This document shows positions 56,045-64,000 of a stretch of 64,000 bases of DNA, piece by piece. This DNA comes from a virus. Lineage: Duplodnaviria; Caudoviricetes. Under the pieces are notes generated by a model. That model made no database searches, was not told where the DNA came from, and was given only the letters and a program-made list of their open reading frames with translations. The translations under genes were made by a program, and so were the position numbers. The first letter of the stretch is position 1, and the number at the start of each line of letters is the position of its first letter. The stretch spans positions 4,334-68,333 of IMG/VR virus record IMGVR_UViG_3300012231_000008. One strand, given 5' to 3'.

Positions 56045-56074
56045 CGTCTATGACATTTTGTCCGGTCCTGTCAA
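56045..56074 (-). promoter_or_regulatory. Promoter of HTH gene with second operator copy
   Basis: TTGACA-18-TAGACG; GACATTTTGTCCG at 56052-56064. Confidence 0.65.
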
Positions 56075-56086
56075 CAAGGAGACTTC

Positions 56087-57052
56087 ATGCCGTCCCCTAC
56101 CTATGAAGCGTTGAGAGAGGAGTACGCGCGTCTTTGGGCATCGATGGAGATCCGCGCTTCGAAGGCGCCGGACATCGACGCGACCGCCAAGAAGATCGCA
56201 GCCAAGAAGGCGCGCTACCAAGCCGTCTCTGAGACCACGCGCGTTCCCTGGTTCATGATCGGGGCGATCCACGCCATGGAGTGCGGGCTAGCGTTTGATC
56301 GGCACCTCCACTGCGGTGATCCACTGACGGCACGGACCTATCACGTCCCCGCAGGGAGGCCCAAGGCGCCGCCGGCAAATGGCGAACGCTACACCTGGGC
56401 GGAGAGTGCGGCCGACGCCCTCACGCTGAAGGGCCTTGAGACGATAGGCGAGTGGCCGATCGAGCGCATCTGCTACGAACTCGAGCGGTTCAATGGCTGG
56501 GGCTACCGGCTCTGGCATCAGTCCGTTCTGTCGCCCTACTTGTGGAGCGGAACGAACCACTACAGCCGCGGCAAGTACGTCGCCGACGGCCAGTGGTCCT
56601 CGACCGCTGTCTCCGGCCAGTCCGGCGCCATGGCAATCATCAAACGCCTGGCCGAGCTTGACGCGGAAGTCGCTGCAGCGATTGCAGGTGCGCCGGTCGC
56701 CGGCAGCGAGGTTGCAGACGAGGCGATCGACGATCCCGCGCTTGTCTTCCCCAAGGCGGAGGCAAGGGAGCTAACAACCAGCCTCGCTGCGGTCTCCCGC
56801 AAAGCATCGCTGGCTGAGCGTGTCAGGGACTGGCTGCTCACCCTAGGCATCGGCGGTGCCGGCGTGTCCGTTGCTGACGCCGCTGGCCTCGGCAAGGGCT
56901 ACTTGGACGGCATCGTCCAGCTCCTACAGGACCACGGCTGGGCGGTCTTCATCGTCGGCTGCATTGCTGGCGGCTGCATCGCCGCGCTGTTCCTGCGCTG
57001 GATGCATGACGACGTGAAGCGCGGCTCTTACACGCCCTCGGGCATGGAGTGA
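56087..57052 (+). CDS. Endolysin (lysozyme-family, COG5526-like) with C-terminal hydrophobic helices
   Basis: AIHAMEC...HLHCGDPL...ERFNGWGYR...SPYLWSG...GKYVADG; two hydrophobic segments at end. Confidence 0.85.
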   Translation: MPSPTYEALREEYARLWASMEIRASKAPDIDATAKKIAAKKARYQAVSETTRVPWFMIGAIHAMECGLAFDRHLHCGDPLTARTYHVPAGRPKAPPANGERYTWAESAADALTLKGLETIGEWPIERICYELERFNGWGYRLWHQSVLSPYLWSGTNHYSRGKYVADGQWSSTAVSGQSGAMAIIKRLAELDAEVAAAIAGAPVAGSEVADEAIDDPALVFPKAEARELTTSLAAVSRKASLAERVRDWLLTLGIGGAGVSVADAAGLGKGYLDGIVQLLQDHGWAVFIVGCIAGGCIAALFLRWMHDDVKRGSYTPSGME

Positions 57053-57056
57053 AACC

Positions 57057-57347
57057 ATGTGGATGACACTACTACTCAACCCGCGTATGTGGATGGCGGC
57101 CGGCGTGCTCATGCTGCTCGCCTACACCTGGAACCATGGCCGCAAGTTTGAGCAGCGCGCCGAAGCCGCCCGCGTCGAGGCGACCAACGCTCGTATTCGC
57201 GCCGTCAATGCCCGCGAGGAAGCCGCTGCGGCCAAGGAAGCCGAACTAAGGGACGCAGCCTACACCGATGCCAGTGCTGTCCTGCTGCGCTCTGGCAAGT
57301 GCTACGCCACGCCCGACGTTGCCGCGGCCTTGTCTTCGATCCGCTAA
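57057..57347 (+). CDS. i-spanin (Rz-like)
   Basis: N-terminal TM then Ala/Glu coiled coil, after endolysin. Confidence 0.7.
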   Translation: MWMTLLLNPRMWMAAGVLMLLAYTWNHGRKFEQRAEAARVEATNARIRAVNAREEAAAAKEAELRDAAYTDASAVLLRSGKCYATPDVAAALSSIR

Positions 57348-57360
57348 GGAAACCATCACA

Positions 57361-57591
57361 ATGCGAATTGTTCTAACGGGAGCGCTCGCGCTCCTGCTGG
57401 CCGGCTGCGCCTCGAGCCAGGGCACTGAGCCGCCTCCTGCCCGCTGCATGCTGGCCCCCAAGCCTTTGGGTGACATCAAGCCGGGAGAAGACATCATCCA
57501 GAAGCACGCCGAGCTCCGCCGTGACTACGGCAAGGAGACCGGAAAATTACGCTGCATGCAGTCGTATTCGAAAGCGTTGCTGGCGAAGTAA
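57361..57591 (+). CDS. o-spanin (Rz1-like lipoprotein)
   Basis: Lipobox LLAGC followed by Pro-rich segment. Confidence 0.75.
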   Translation: MRIVLTGALALLLAGCASSQGTEPPPARCMLAPKPLGDIKPGEDIIQKHAELRRDYGKETGKLRCMQSYSKALLAK

Positions 57592-57632
57592 TTGGGCTGG
57601 GGAGCCCATGAGGGAGCACGAGGGCATCATGC

Positions 57633-57998
57633 ATGGATATCGAAACGCTCTTCTGGGTTCGCCAGCGCGACAACCACAATCTTCTGCGCCAGATCGACAC
57701 CAAGCAGGACCGCCAGATCGCGAACCAGGAGAAGGCGATCGAGCTGATTGGCCAGCTATTGATCTTGCTCGCTACCACCAACCGGACCTCGGTCTCGCCG
57801 CTGTCCTCGCCCAGCCCAACGGATTCGCCCCTCCAGACCCATTGGCGCTCGTGGCTAGAGCAGTCCGTCAACAAGGTCAGCCGGGAGGCGATCACATCGA
57901 TCGCTCTTTGGATCGGGGCCAGGATAGCCAGTTCCTACATCGTGCCCGCAGCGCTGTTCGTGGGTGGGTTGATATGGGCTTGGCTCAGCGGCGGCTGA
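57633..57998 (+). CDS. Membrane protein at end of lysis cassette (holin candidate)
   Basis: Coiled N-terminus, hydrophobic C-terminal helices. Confidence 0.45.
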   Translation: MDIETLFWVRQRDNHNLLRQIDTKQDRQIANQEKAIELIGQLLILLATTNRTSVSPLSSPSPTDSPLQTHWRSWLEQSVNKVSREAITSIALWIGARIASSYIVPAALFVGGLIWAWLSGG

Positions 57999-58009
57999 TC
58001 GTCGTCAGC

Positions 58010-60876
58010 CTATGGGCGCTTGCTACCAGCGTCTGGCTGTGGGTTCTGCTGCGGTAGAGAGAAGGCCGCCCAATCCTCGCGAACGAGATCCTCAAGTCGG
58101 CGGGCCAGGAGATGCCCATGAGATCGGATCAGCGCCACCATTTTTAGCTCGTCTTCTAGTGTCGCGCTGTGCTGCCCAATAGTGCCGATCAAGATGTCAC
58201 GGGCCATTTCGTCAATCACAGAGTCTATGTCCACTGCTCTCTCCTACTCTTTCCCCCGCCCTGCCCTCTGGGTGGGGCGGGGTTTGGCGTTTGCTGAACT
58301 CTACACGAGTGTAGAGTGAGTGTTGAGTAGTGTAGAGTCCGGGGCTCACTGTAGCAGTAGTGGTCCGATGAGCATACCCAGCAAGATGATGCCGAACAAT
58401 ATTCCGCACAGCAGGGCCTCCATCATGTTCATCGAGAGATGGCTCACTTGTTGATGGATCGGATTGGACACGACGCCATCCTTGGTGATGCGGATTACCC
58501 AGTCTCCGGCCGGGATGTGGAATGTGATTGCCTGCGGCTCCGGGTTGACCTCAATCTTGCCCGCAAACTCCTGGCCTGGGCGGAACGTGATTGAATCCGT
58601 CATCTCTCTGGTCTCTACTTCCGTTTCCTGATGCTGCGATCTAGCGCGCGCTTGAGGTGCTCCCACACGGGTCGCGTGAGCCATACGCCATGCACGTCAA
58701 CGACCTCGATCTCTTTCCCCTCATGGCGCACGCTTGAGACCAGTCCGCCCTCGTTCTCGTCCCATATCGGGCGGCCGACCATTGTGCATCGCTTGCGGTA
58801 GCCGCCCATTTCCACCATGACGCGCTCTGTCGGCATCTGAGAGGCCTTTCGTGACTATAGGTCGCTACGCGAGCGGCCGGTACTCATGCCGAGCGCTCGC
58901 TTCAGCTTTCCTATGCCTCTGTTTGCGGCGTGCTCAGGACGCATGGCGTCCCACAAGCCTGCCTCTATCTCGTCGCGGATGTTCTCGCGAACGACCGCGC
59001 CGTCGCGCTCGATGATTGCTATCACCGCGTCCGCCATGTCCGACGACTTGCGTTTGATGTAGCCGTTCATCTGTCCGGCCTCCGTTGTCACAACTTCCGC
59101 AGATCGCTGCGAACCGCGTCTATGGCTTGAGTGCCGCCGTGCGGCGACTCGGACGCCAGCACTTCAATCTCCGCGATGGGCGATGTCCGCAACCATCGCG
59201 CTTTGATCCAAGATGTGTCCCCGCTGGCCCACTCCACCCGCACCATACACACCCGACCGGGGCGAATGGCCTGCACTGTTCCGCGAAGCTGGGCGCGGTC
59301 GCGCACTACGTCTCCGACGCGCATTAGCGTGCCCTCTTGATTTGATCGGCGAACTGCCACCGCACAGGCTCTCCGGTGCTGGTGTAGCACTTGCGGGCGA
59401 AGGTCACGATTGCGCGGCCGTGGTCGTCGTAGCCGTGCGCAGCGTGGCTATAGAAGGGCTTGCCGGGGAGCGCCTTGAACGCCAGAGCGGCAAGGAACTC
59501 GGTGGCCTCGGCGCCGCTGGTAAATTCGAGGTCGTAGGTCATCTTAGAGGGCTCCATTAGTCAGGCATGTAGAGCGCTTGTATCGCGGCCTCGATGGCGT
59601 CGAGCGCCACGTCAAGGTCTCGCGGCCCCGGCAGGCCGTCTTTGGCCACCATCTCCAGGATGCGCGCCAATTCCTCTCGCAGTTCTGTGGTCATCGGGCT
59701 GGCCTTCCTTGTCAGCGTTCGACGCACCCGCCATCGCGGCGGACGCAGTGTCTAATTTCCATGCCGCACGCGCAGCGGAGCGGTGCGTCTTTCACGGCCT
59801 TGTTGAACTTGCCGGCAGGTATCTGCTGCACCGAGCCATCGTCGCAGAACCAAACCGTCACCACGTTGTAGGCGTGGCGACCCTTCGGCTTCACGCGGTA
59901 GCTGCCGGTCACGTAGCAGTGCCGACCTTCGTACATAGACACCGGGTATGTGTTGAGCCCATGCACAGCCGCGAGCGCGGTGTACTTGCCCACAAGGTTG
60001 TTGTGGAACTCGTGCACGAAGGGCGTTTGCGGCGCGGGCATCTGAGGGGCTCACTTGGTGGCGTTGCGGTAGGCCAAACGCGCGTCGGTCCAGTTGGTGA
60101 ACCGCGCGATGATTTCACTTCCGCGCGTCAGGGCGATCCAGCCCTGGCCGTCCACGTCTACGATCTGGCAAATGCGAAGCTTCATGGTCGGGCCTATGTT
60201 GCCGGTTGAAGGGTCACGGGAATTGCCTCCCATACGATCTTGGGAGAGAGCGGCGGAATGCCGTCGAAGCGGACCTCGGCGTAAAACACTTCCTCGCCGG
60301 TTTCCTCGTCGAGCTTCCAACCCATGCTGGCGATTTTGCCAGTGGGCGTCGGCAGCAGCGTTTCATTGCGCGGCATCTTAGAGGCCTTTCGTGTGGGCTG
60401 AAACGTCCGATGCCCACACGAGCAAATCGGACCCATCGGCGTAGCGTGGTGCTTGTGCGCTCCGCCTCTCTCGTTGTCTGGATCGTGTGGGCACATTTTT
60501 GGCATCTTACAGTGTTCGCTCGATGCGCTGGACTGCGCGGTAAATTTCACTCTTGGCTGTGTTGATGTCGCCTGTGCTGATGATGCCGTTGCAGGCTTGT
60601 ACGCAGTTGGAGTTCTGCGCGGCTTCCACCTGATGAATGACCTTCATAAGCCGCCTGATCGCGGCTTCCTTGGTCCTACGGCTTACTGTAGCGTCCATCT
60701 TAGAGGCCTCAACGGTTGACGTTGCGGAGGTGGGAGTATCCAGCCTCACACTTGGCTGCATACTCGCGGGCGGCGGCTTCTGTCTTGTGGCCAACCTTGA
60801 CGATGGCGTCGTCGATCAAGCTGCGGCGGATGGTGTCCCACTGGCCGGTTTTGTTGAACTCGATCTTGACGTTCAT
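58010..60876 (-). other. Early-type operon of about 12 tiny ORFs (58010-58234, 58346-58603, 58615-58836, 58855-59091, 59088-59324, 59324-59542, 59557-59694, 59712-60041, 60051-60185, 60194-60376, 60507-60698, 60709-60876)
   Basis: Tightly packed, same strand, RBSs, promoter at 60904-60932; no family recognised. Confidence 0.7.
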
Positions 60877-60903
60877 GGCCGTGTCTCCCTGTCTGATGAT
60901 CCC

Positions 60904-60980
60904 AACATAGCGATCATCCCCGAACCTGTCAACAGTTATTCGTACGACCTGTTGACAAATCACATCGTTGCGGGTAGCGT
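60904..60980. promoter_or_regulatory. Back-to-back divergent sigma70 promoters
   Basis: Minus: TTGACA(60932-60927)-17-TATGTT; plus: TTGACA(60952-60957)-17-TAGCGT; TGTCAACAG-N13-CTGTTGACA inverted repeat. Confidence 0.8.
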
Positions 60981-60986
60981 TCGTTT

Positions 60987-61580
60987 ATGGATGCGAAACC
61001 GACCGGGAAGATGATCGGCTACGCGCGTGTGTCCACCGAGGACCAAGAGCTACGCGTACAGCTAGACGCACTTGAGAAAGCCGGATGCTGGAACGTCTAC
61101 CAAGAAAAACGATCCGCCTCGAAGGGCAAGAGGCGTCCACAGCTAGAGCTTGCGCTGATGGACCTTCGCCCCGGCGATACGTTGGTTGTGTGGCGTCTAG
61201 ACAGGCTCGTGCGCAACGCGCGGGATATGTACGCGCTACTAGATCGCGTCACGGCGGCCGGCGCAAACTTCAAGAGCTTGCAAGAAGGCTACGATTTTAC
61301 AACGCCAATGGGCCAGTTCGTGCTGGGGCTGCTTGGGCTGCTGGCGCAGCTAGAGGCGCAGTGGACCTCGCAGCGCACATCGGCGGGCATCAGGGCCATA
61401 CAGGAGCGCGGGCTCCGGTACGGCGCGCAGCCGAAGCTATCCAAGGCTCGCGCCGAGCAGCTTGTGCGGATGCGCAAGGCCGGCGCATCGAGGGCAGAGA
61501 CTGCGCGCAAGTTCGAGGTATCGACTGGAACAGTTCGCAACTACGAGCTTCGCGCGAAGAAGCGCAAGCCTAGGAAATAG
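60987..61580 (+). CDS. Small serine recombinase (resolvase/invertase family)
   Basis: IGYARVST catalytic Ser, RPQL, GDTLVVWRLDRL, C-terminal HTH. Confidence 0.95.
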   Translation: MDAKPTGKMIGYARVSTEDQELRVQLDALEKAGCWNVYQEKRSASKGKRRPQLELALMDLRPGDTLVVWRLDRLVRNARDMYALLDRVTAAGANFKSLQEGYDFTTPMGQFVLGLLGLLAQLEAQWTSQRTSAGIRAIQERGLRYGAQPKLSKARAEQLVRMRKAGASRAETARKFEVSTGTVRNYELRAKKRKPRK

Positions 61581-61590
61581 AGGAGAGGCG

Positions 61591-61961
61591 ATGCGTAGCA
61601 AACCGATAGCCGATAGACCGGGGCTAACGAAGCTGTTGGCGGAGTCTGTTGCGAAATGGAAGGCAATGACGCCGGCTGAGCAAGAGGCAATGATGCGGCA
61701 ACAGAGAGATGGATGGGTGCGAGCCGAAATGTCTTGGCCGCGCGACTGTCCCTATAGGTAACGGAGGAGAGACGCATGTGCGGCTGGGATGACGCCACGA
61801 TTGAGGTGATGGCCCAGGAGATTGCGGAGATCAAGGCCTTGGGCTGGAAGTTGCTCGCGGTCGCTGAGCAACATTGGGATGAGGGTCCAGCCGATGAGGG
61901 TTGGCAATCGCCCGCCCTGGAGAAGCTTTGCGCCGAGGCGCGTGCGGCGTTGCAAAGATAG
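61591..61961 (+). other. Two small hypothetical ORFs (61591-61761, 61776-61961)
   Basis: GAGGAG/GGAGG RBSs. Confidence 0.6.
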
Positions 61962-61970
61962 GAGGCCACA

Positions 61971-62663
61971 ATGGCAGACCGCCCAAAGACGCTCGCCGAA
62001 CTACTGCAGCAGTGGTATCCGGCCGATGTTGCGCGTGATGTTGGCCGCGAGGAGAGCCAAGCGCGGTTCATGGAGAACCAGTTCGCCGTGCCGCCGAACG
62101 CGTTGGCTGGTCCGTCCCTAGAGACGCCGAGGTGGCGCGCTCCCAATCCTCTTGGTGGAGACGAGGCGGTCGCCGCTCAGATCGGCAACGACGCTCGCCA
62201 AGGAGATTGGGTGCCAGCGATTGGCGGCCTTGCGTCCGTTCTTCTTGGCGCCGCCGCCCCTCGGGGCGGGAAGCGGGTTGAGCCAGCACGCCTAAAGGAA
62301 GGCCTCAAAGGTGACCCAGGCTATGCCTACCACGCAACCAACGCAGAGCGTCTTTATGGCATCGCGGCTTCTGGTCGTTTGAACACCCACAGGCCGCACG
62401 AGTTCACCGACCAATCGGCATGGCCCGATGGGCTGACGGAGCGCCGATCCTACTTCATGCCAGGACCGGAGCGCGTTTGGCAGTTCGCCCCAGAGGACGG
62501 AACGCCCGTGGTGCTGCGGACGAAGCGCGGCGACCACATCTTCTCCGAGAGCACCGGCGACCTGTTCGCGAGAAAGCCGATTGAGTCAGAGCAGCTCGAA
62601 TACCTCGGCGGGGATGGTGCGTGGCATCCTGTCGCCAATTTGCGTAATTCAGACGGCAACTGA
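61971..62663 (+). CDS. Protein with C-terminal ADP-ribosyltransferase/KptA-like fold candidate
   Basis: AGGAGG RBS; YAYHATNAERLYGIAASGRL...SYF...VVLR. Confidence 0.5.
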   Translation: MADRPKTLAELLQQWYPADVARDVGREESQARFMENQFAVPPNALAGPSLETPRWRAPNPLGGDEAVAAQIGNDARQGDWVPAIGGLASVLLGAAAPRGGKRVEPARLKEGLKGDPGYAYHATNAERLYGIAASGRLNTHRPHEFTDQSAWPDGLTERRSYFMPGPERVWQFAPEDGTPVVLRTKRGDHIFSESTGDLFARKPIESEQLEYLGGDGAWHPVANLRNSDGN

Positions 62664-62675
62664 GGAGCGGCATCT

Positions 62676-63124
62676 GTGGCAGCGAAAATCCAGCGCGTCG
62701 AGTGGACGATGCCATACGGAGAGGACGGAGACGACGTAGACTTGGAGCTATATGTCGGTGTGCGTGGCCGGGACTTCCGGGAGTGGGTAGATCGGTTGCC
62801 AACATCCGCCGACATGGAAGAGCTCATGCGCACGCTGCTTGTGCTCATCGTCATCAGCAGCAAGGAATAGAGGAGCGGTGAATGTCTGAGCGATGGGTAA
62901 AGACGCACAGCCGCGTGTCTACGACGACCGGCGGCGAGACGACGCACACAGACGTGCCGTGCTGGGTGAACATGGCCTGGGTAATGGGTGTCCATCCTTC
63001 CCACGTCAGGAAGGGCGGTGCCTGTCTCGTGTTCGGCATCGCCCCGAGCGGCGACGATGCGACGGGCTACATGGATGTGCCGGAGCCGCCAGAGCACTTC
63101 ATCCCAAAGACATACGCAAGATAG
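62676..63124 (+). other. Two small hypothetical ORFs (62676-62870, 62882-63124)
   Basis: GAGGAG RBSs. Confidence 0.55.
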
Positions 63125-63596
63125 GAGCGTCATGCGCACGTGGTCGGAATGGATGTCTCTCCCCCATGGCTGCGCCGCTAGCGCCGCATGAGATCGGGTG
63201 AGAAGGGGCCACGCTACGGGGGTAGCGTGGCCGTGCACAGCCGGGGAACTGATGGCGGTGGCAACGGGGGATGCTGTGTTGAGGGAACACGGCGCACCAC
63301 CGCTGCTGTGCCAGGGGATGCTGGCCGACCTTGGTTGCGCAGGCAATCCGTGGGAACCCCTACGCCAAGATGAATAACCACGCATGCTGTAGAGTTGGAG
63401 TTGTATCCAGAACGGACTGTGCCAGCCGTGTGTCACACACCCTTGCTCGTTCTGCGCGCGTTCCTGCATTGTTTTGCACGTTCAGAGCGCCGTCTAAACC
63501 GCCATCGCTTGATTTTCATTGACTTTTCTATGGCCCCACCATACCTCCGCCGCGGGACACCCCTCCCCAACGAGGGGCAGCCTGATAATGCGTCTA

Positions 63597-63998
63597 TTAT
63601 GACTCCGCTTCTTCTCTAACCCTCGGATATAAAATAAGTTTTCCGCGCGCATCCAACTTCGGATTTTTAACTGCGACGTGTACGGGTGTCAGGTTTGTGT
63701 CTTTTTTCCTCTTATCCTGAGCTTGAGCATATTCGAGTTCGATACGCAACGCCACTTCCTCTGCGACCGTAGCTGCAACCTTCAGAACTGCCGCCACGGT
63801 CTTGGTGTCGACCAAGAACCATTCGCGGTGGTGATGAAACGCAGCTAGCTGCTCGTGGGCGTATTTCTCGCCATACCTGAGACCAGCCAGCGGGACGGAC
63901 CGGGAGCATACCCGTCGCACTTTGAATGGCGAGTGGCCGCGGATCTGGTCGATCCTCGTCCTCCACCCGTTCTGGGCGATGCCGACCTTTATGTAGGG
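63597..63998 (-). CDS. GIY-YIG-superfamily (T5orf172/MUG113-like) protein, 5' truncated by window
   Basis: Frame open to window end: YIKVGIAQNGWRTRIDQIRGHSPF...EKYAHEQL...REWF. Confidence 0.75.
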   Translation of the reverse strand, partial: PYIKVGIAQNGWRTRIDQIRGHSPFKVRRVCSRSVPLAGLRYGEKYAHEQLAAFHHHREWFLVDTKTVAAVLKVAATVAEEVALRIELEYAQAQDKRKKDTNLTPVHVAVKNPKLDARGKLILYPRVREEAES

Positions 63999-64000
63999 CC

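Larger units (their letters stand above)
1..64000. mobile_element. Tailed phage genome segment (podovirus-like head/tail/ejection module), probably alphaproteobacterial
   Basis: terS, terL, portal, scaffold, capsid, tail tubular A/B, ejection proteins, endolysin/spanins in co-oriented order; no host housekeeping genes; ends of element not visible. Confidence 0.95.

Noticed and set aside
60987-61580. Resolvase as a Gin/Cin-type tail-fibre invertase
   Set aside because: No pair of inverted crossover sites or reversed alternative fibre ends found around 8664-14967; cannot be fully excluded by eye
63130-63600. AT-richer gap as attachment site or tRNA
   Set aside because: No cloverleaf, no repeated core elsewhere in the window and no integrase visible

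Overview
The whole 64-kb window is one tailed-phage (or phage-plasmid/prophage) segment of high GC, most consistent with a podovirus-type genome of an alphaproteobacterial host. No rRNA, tRNA, CRISPR array, tyrosine integrase or host housekeeping gene was seen. Order on the + strand: DNA methylases and small replication-linked genes (1-5.5 kb); a late promoter/terminator; terminase small subunit (6942); about 16.5 kb of fibre/decoration genes and a sugar/methyl-modifying enzyme cluster; terminase large subunit (23982), portal, scaffold, major capsid, tail tubular A/B and ejection proteins; a 4977-aa polyvalent protein (DarB-like methylase/SNF2 helicase, Fic-like, zeta-like kinase, two zincin motifs, LPD38-like end); lysis genes; two minus-strand operons of tiny ORFs; and a resolvase. 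The standout signal is that the tripeptide Asp-Thr-Gly (DTG) occurs 51 times in seven putative outer-virion proteins (about 2400 aa, including both tail tubular proteins). It is encoded by many synonymous codons and is essentially absent from the capsid, portal, terminase, ejection proteins and enzymes I read (1 copy in 4977 aa). Together with the co-transcribed glycosyltransferase/methyltransferase/oxidoreductase/kinase cluster, this suggests a phage-encoded, sequon-directed virion modification (probably O-glycosylation) system. Second-tier signals are genes overprinted inside other genes (a TnpV-like ORF and two others inside the giant gene; a beta-subunit-like ORF inside the C5 methylase) and several readable regulatory circuits. 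All family calls come from motif recognition by eye, with no database search.
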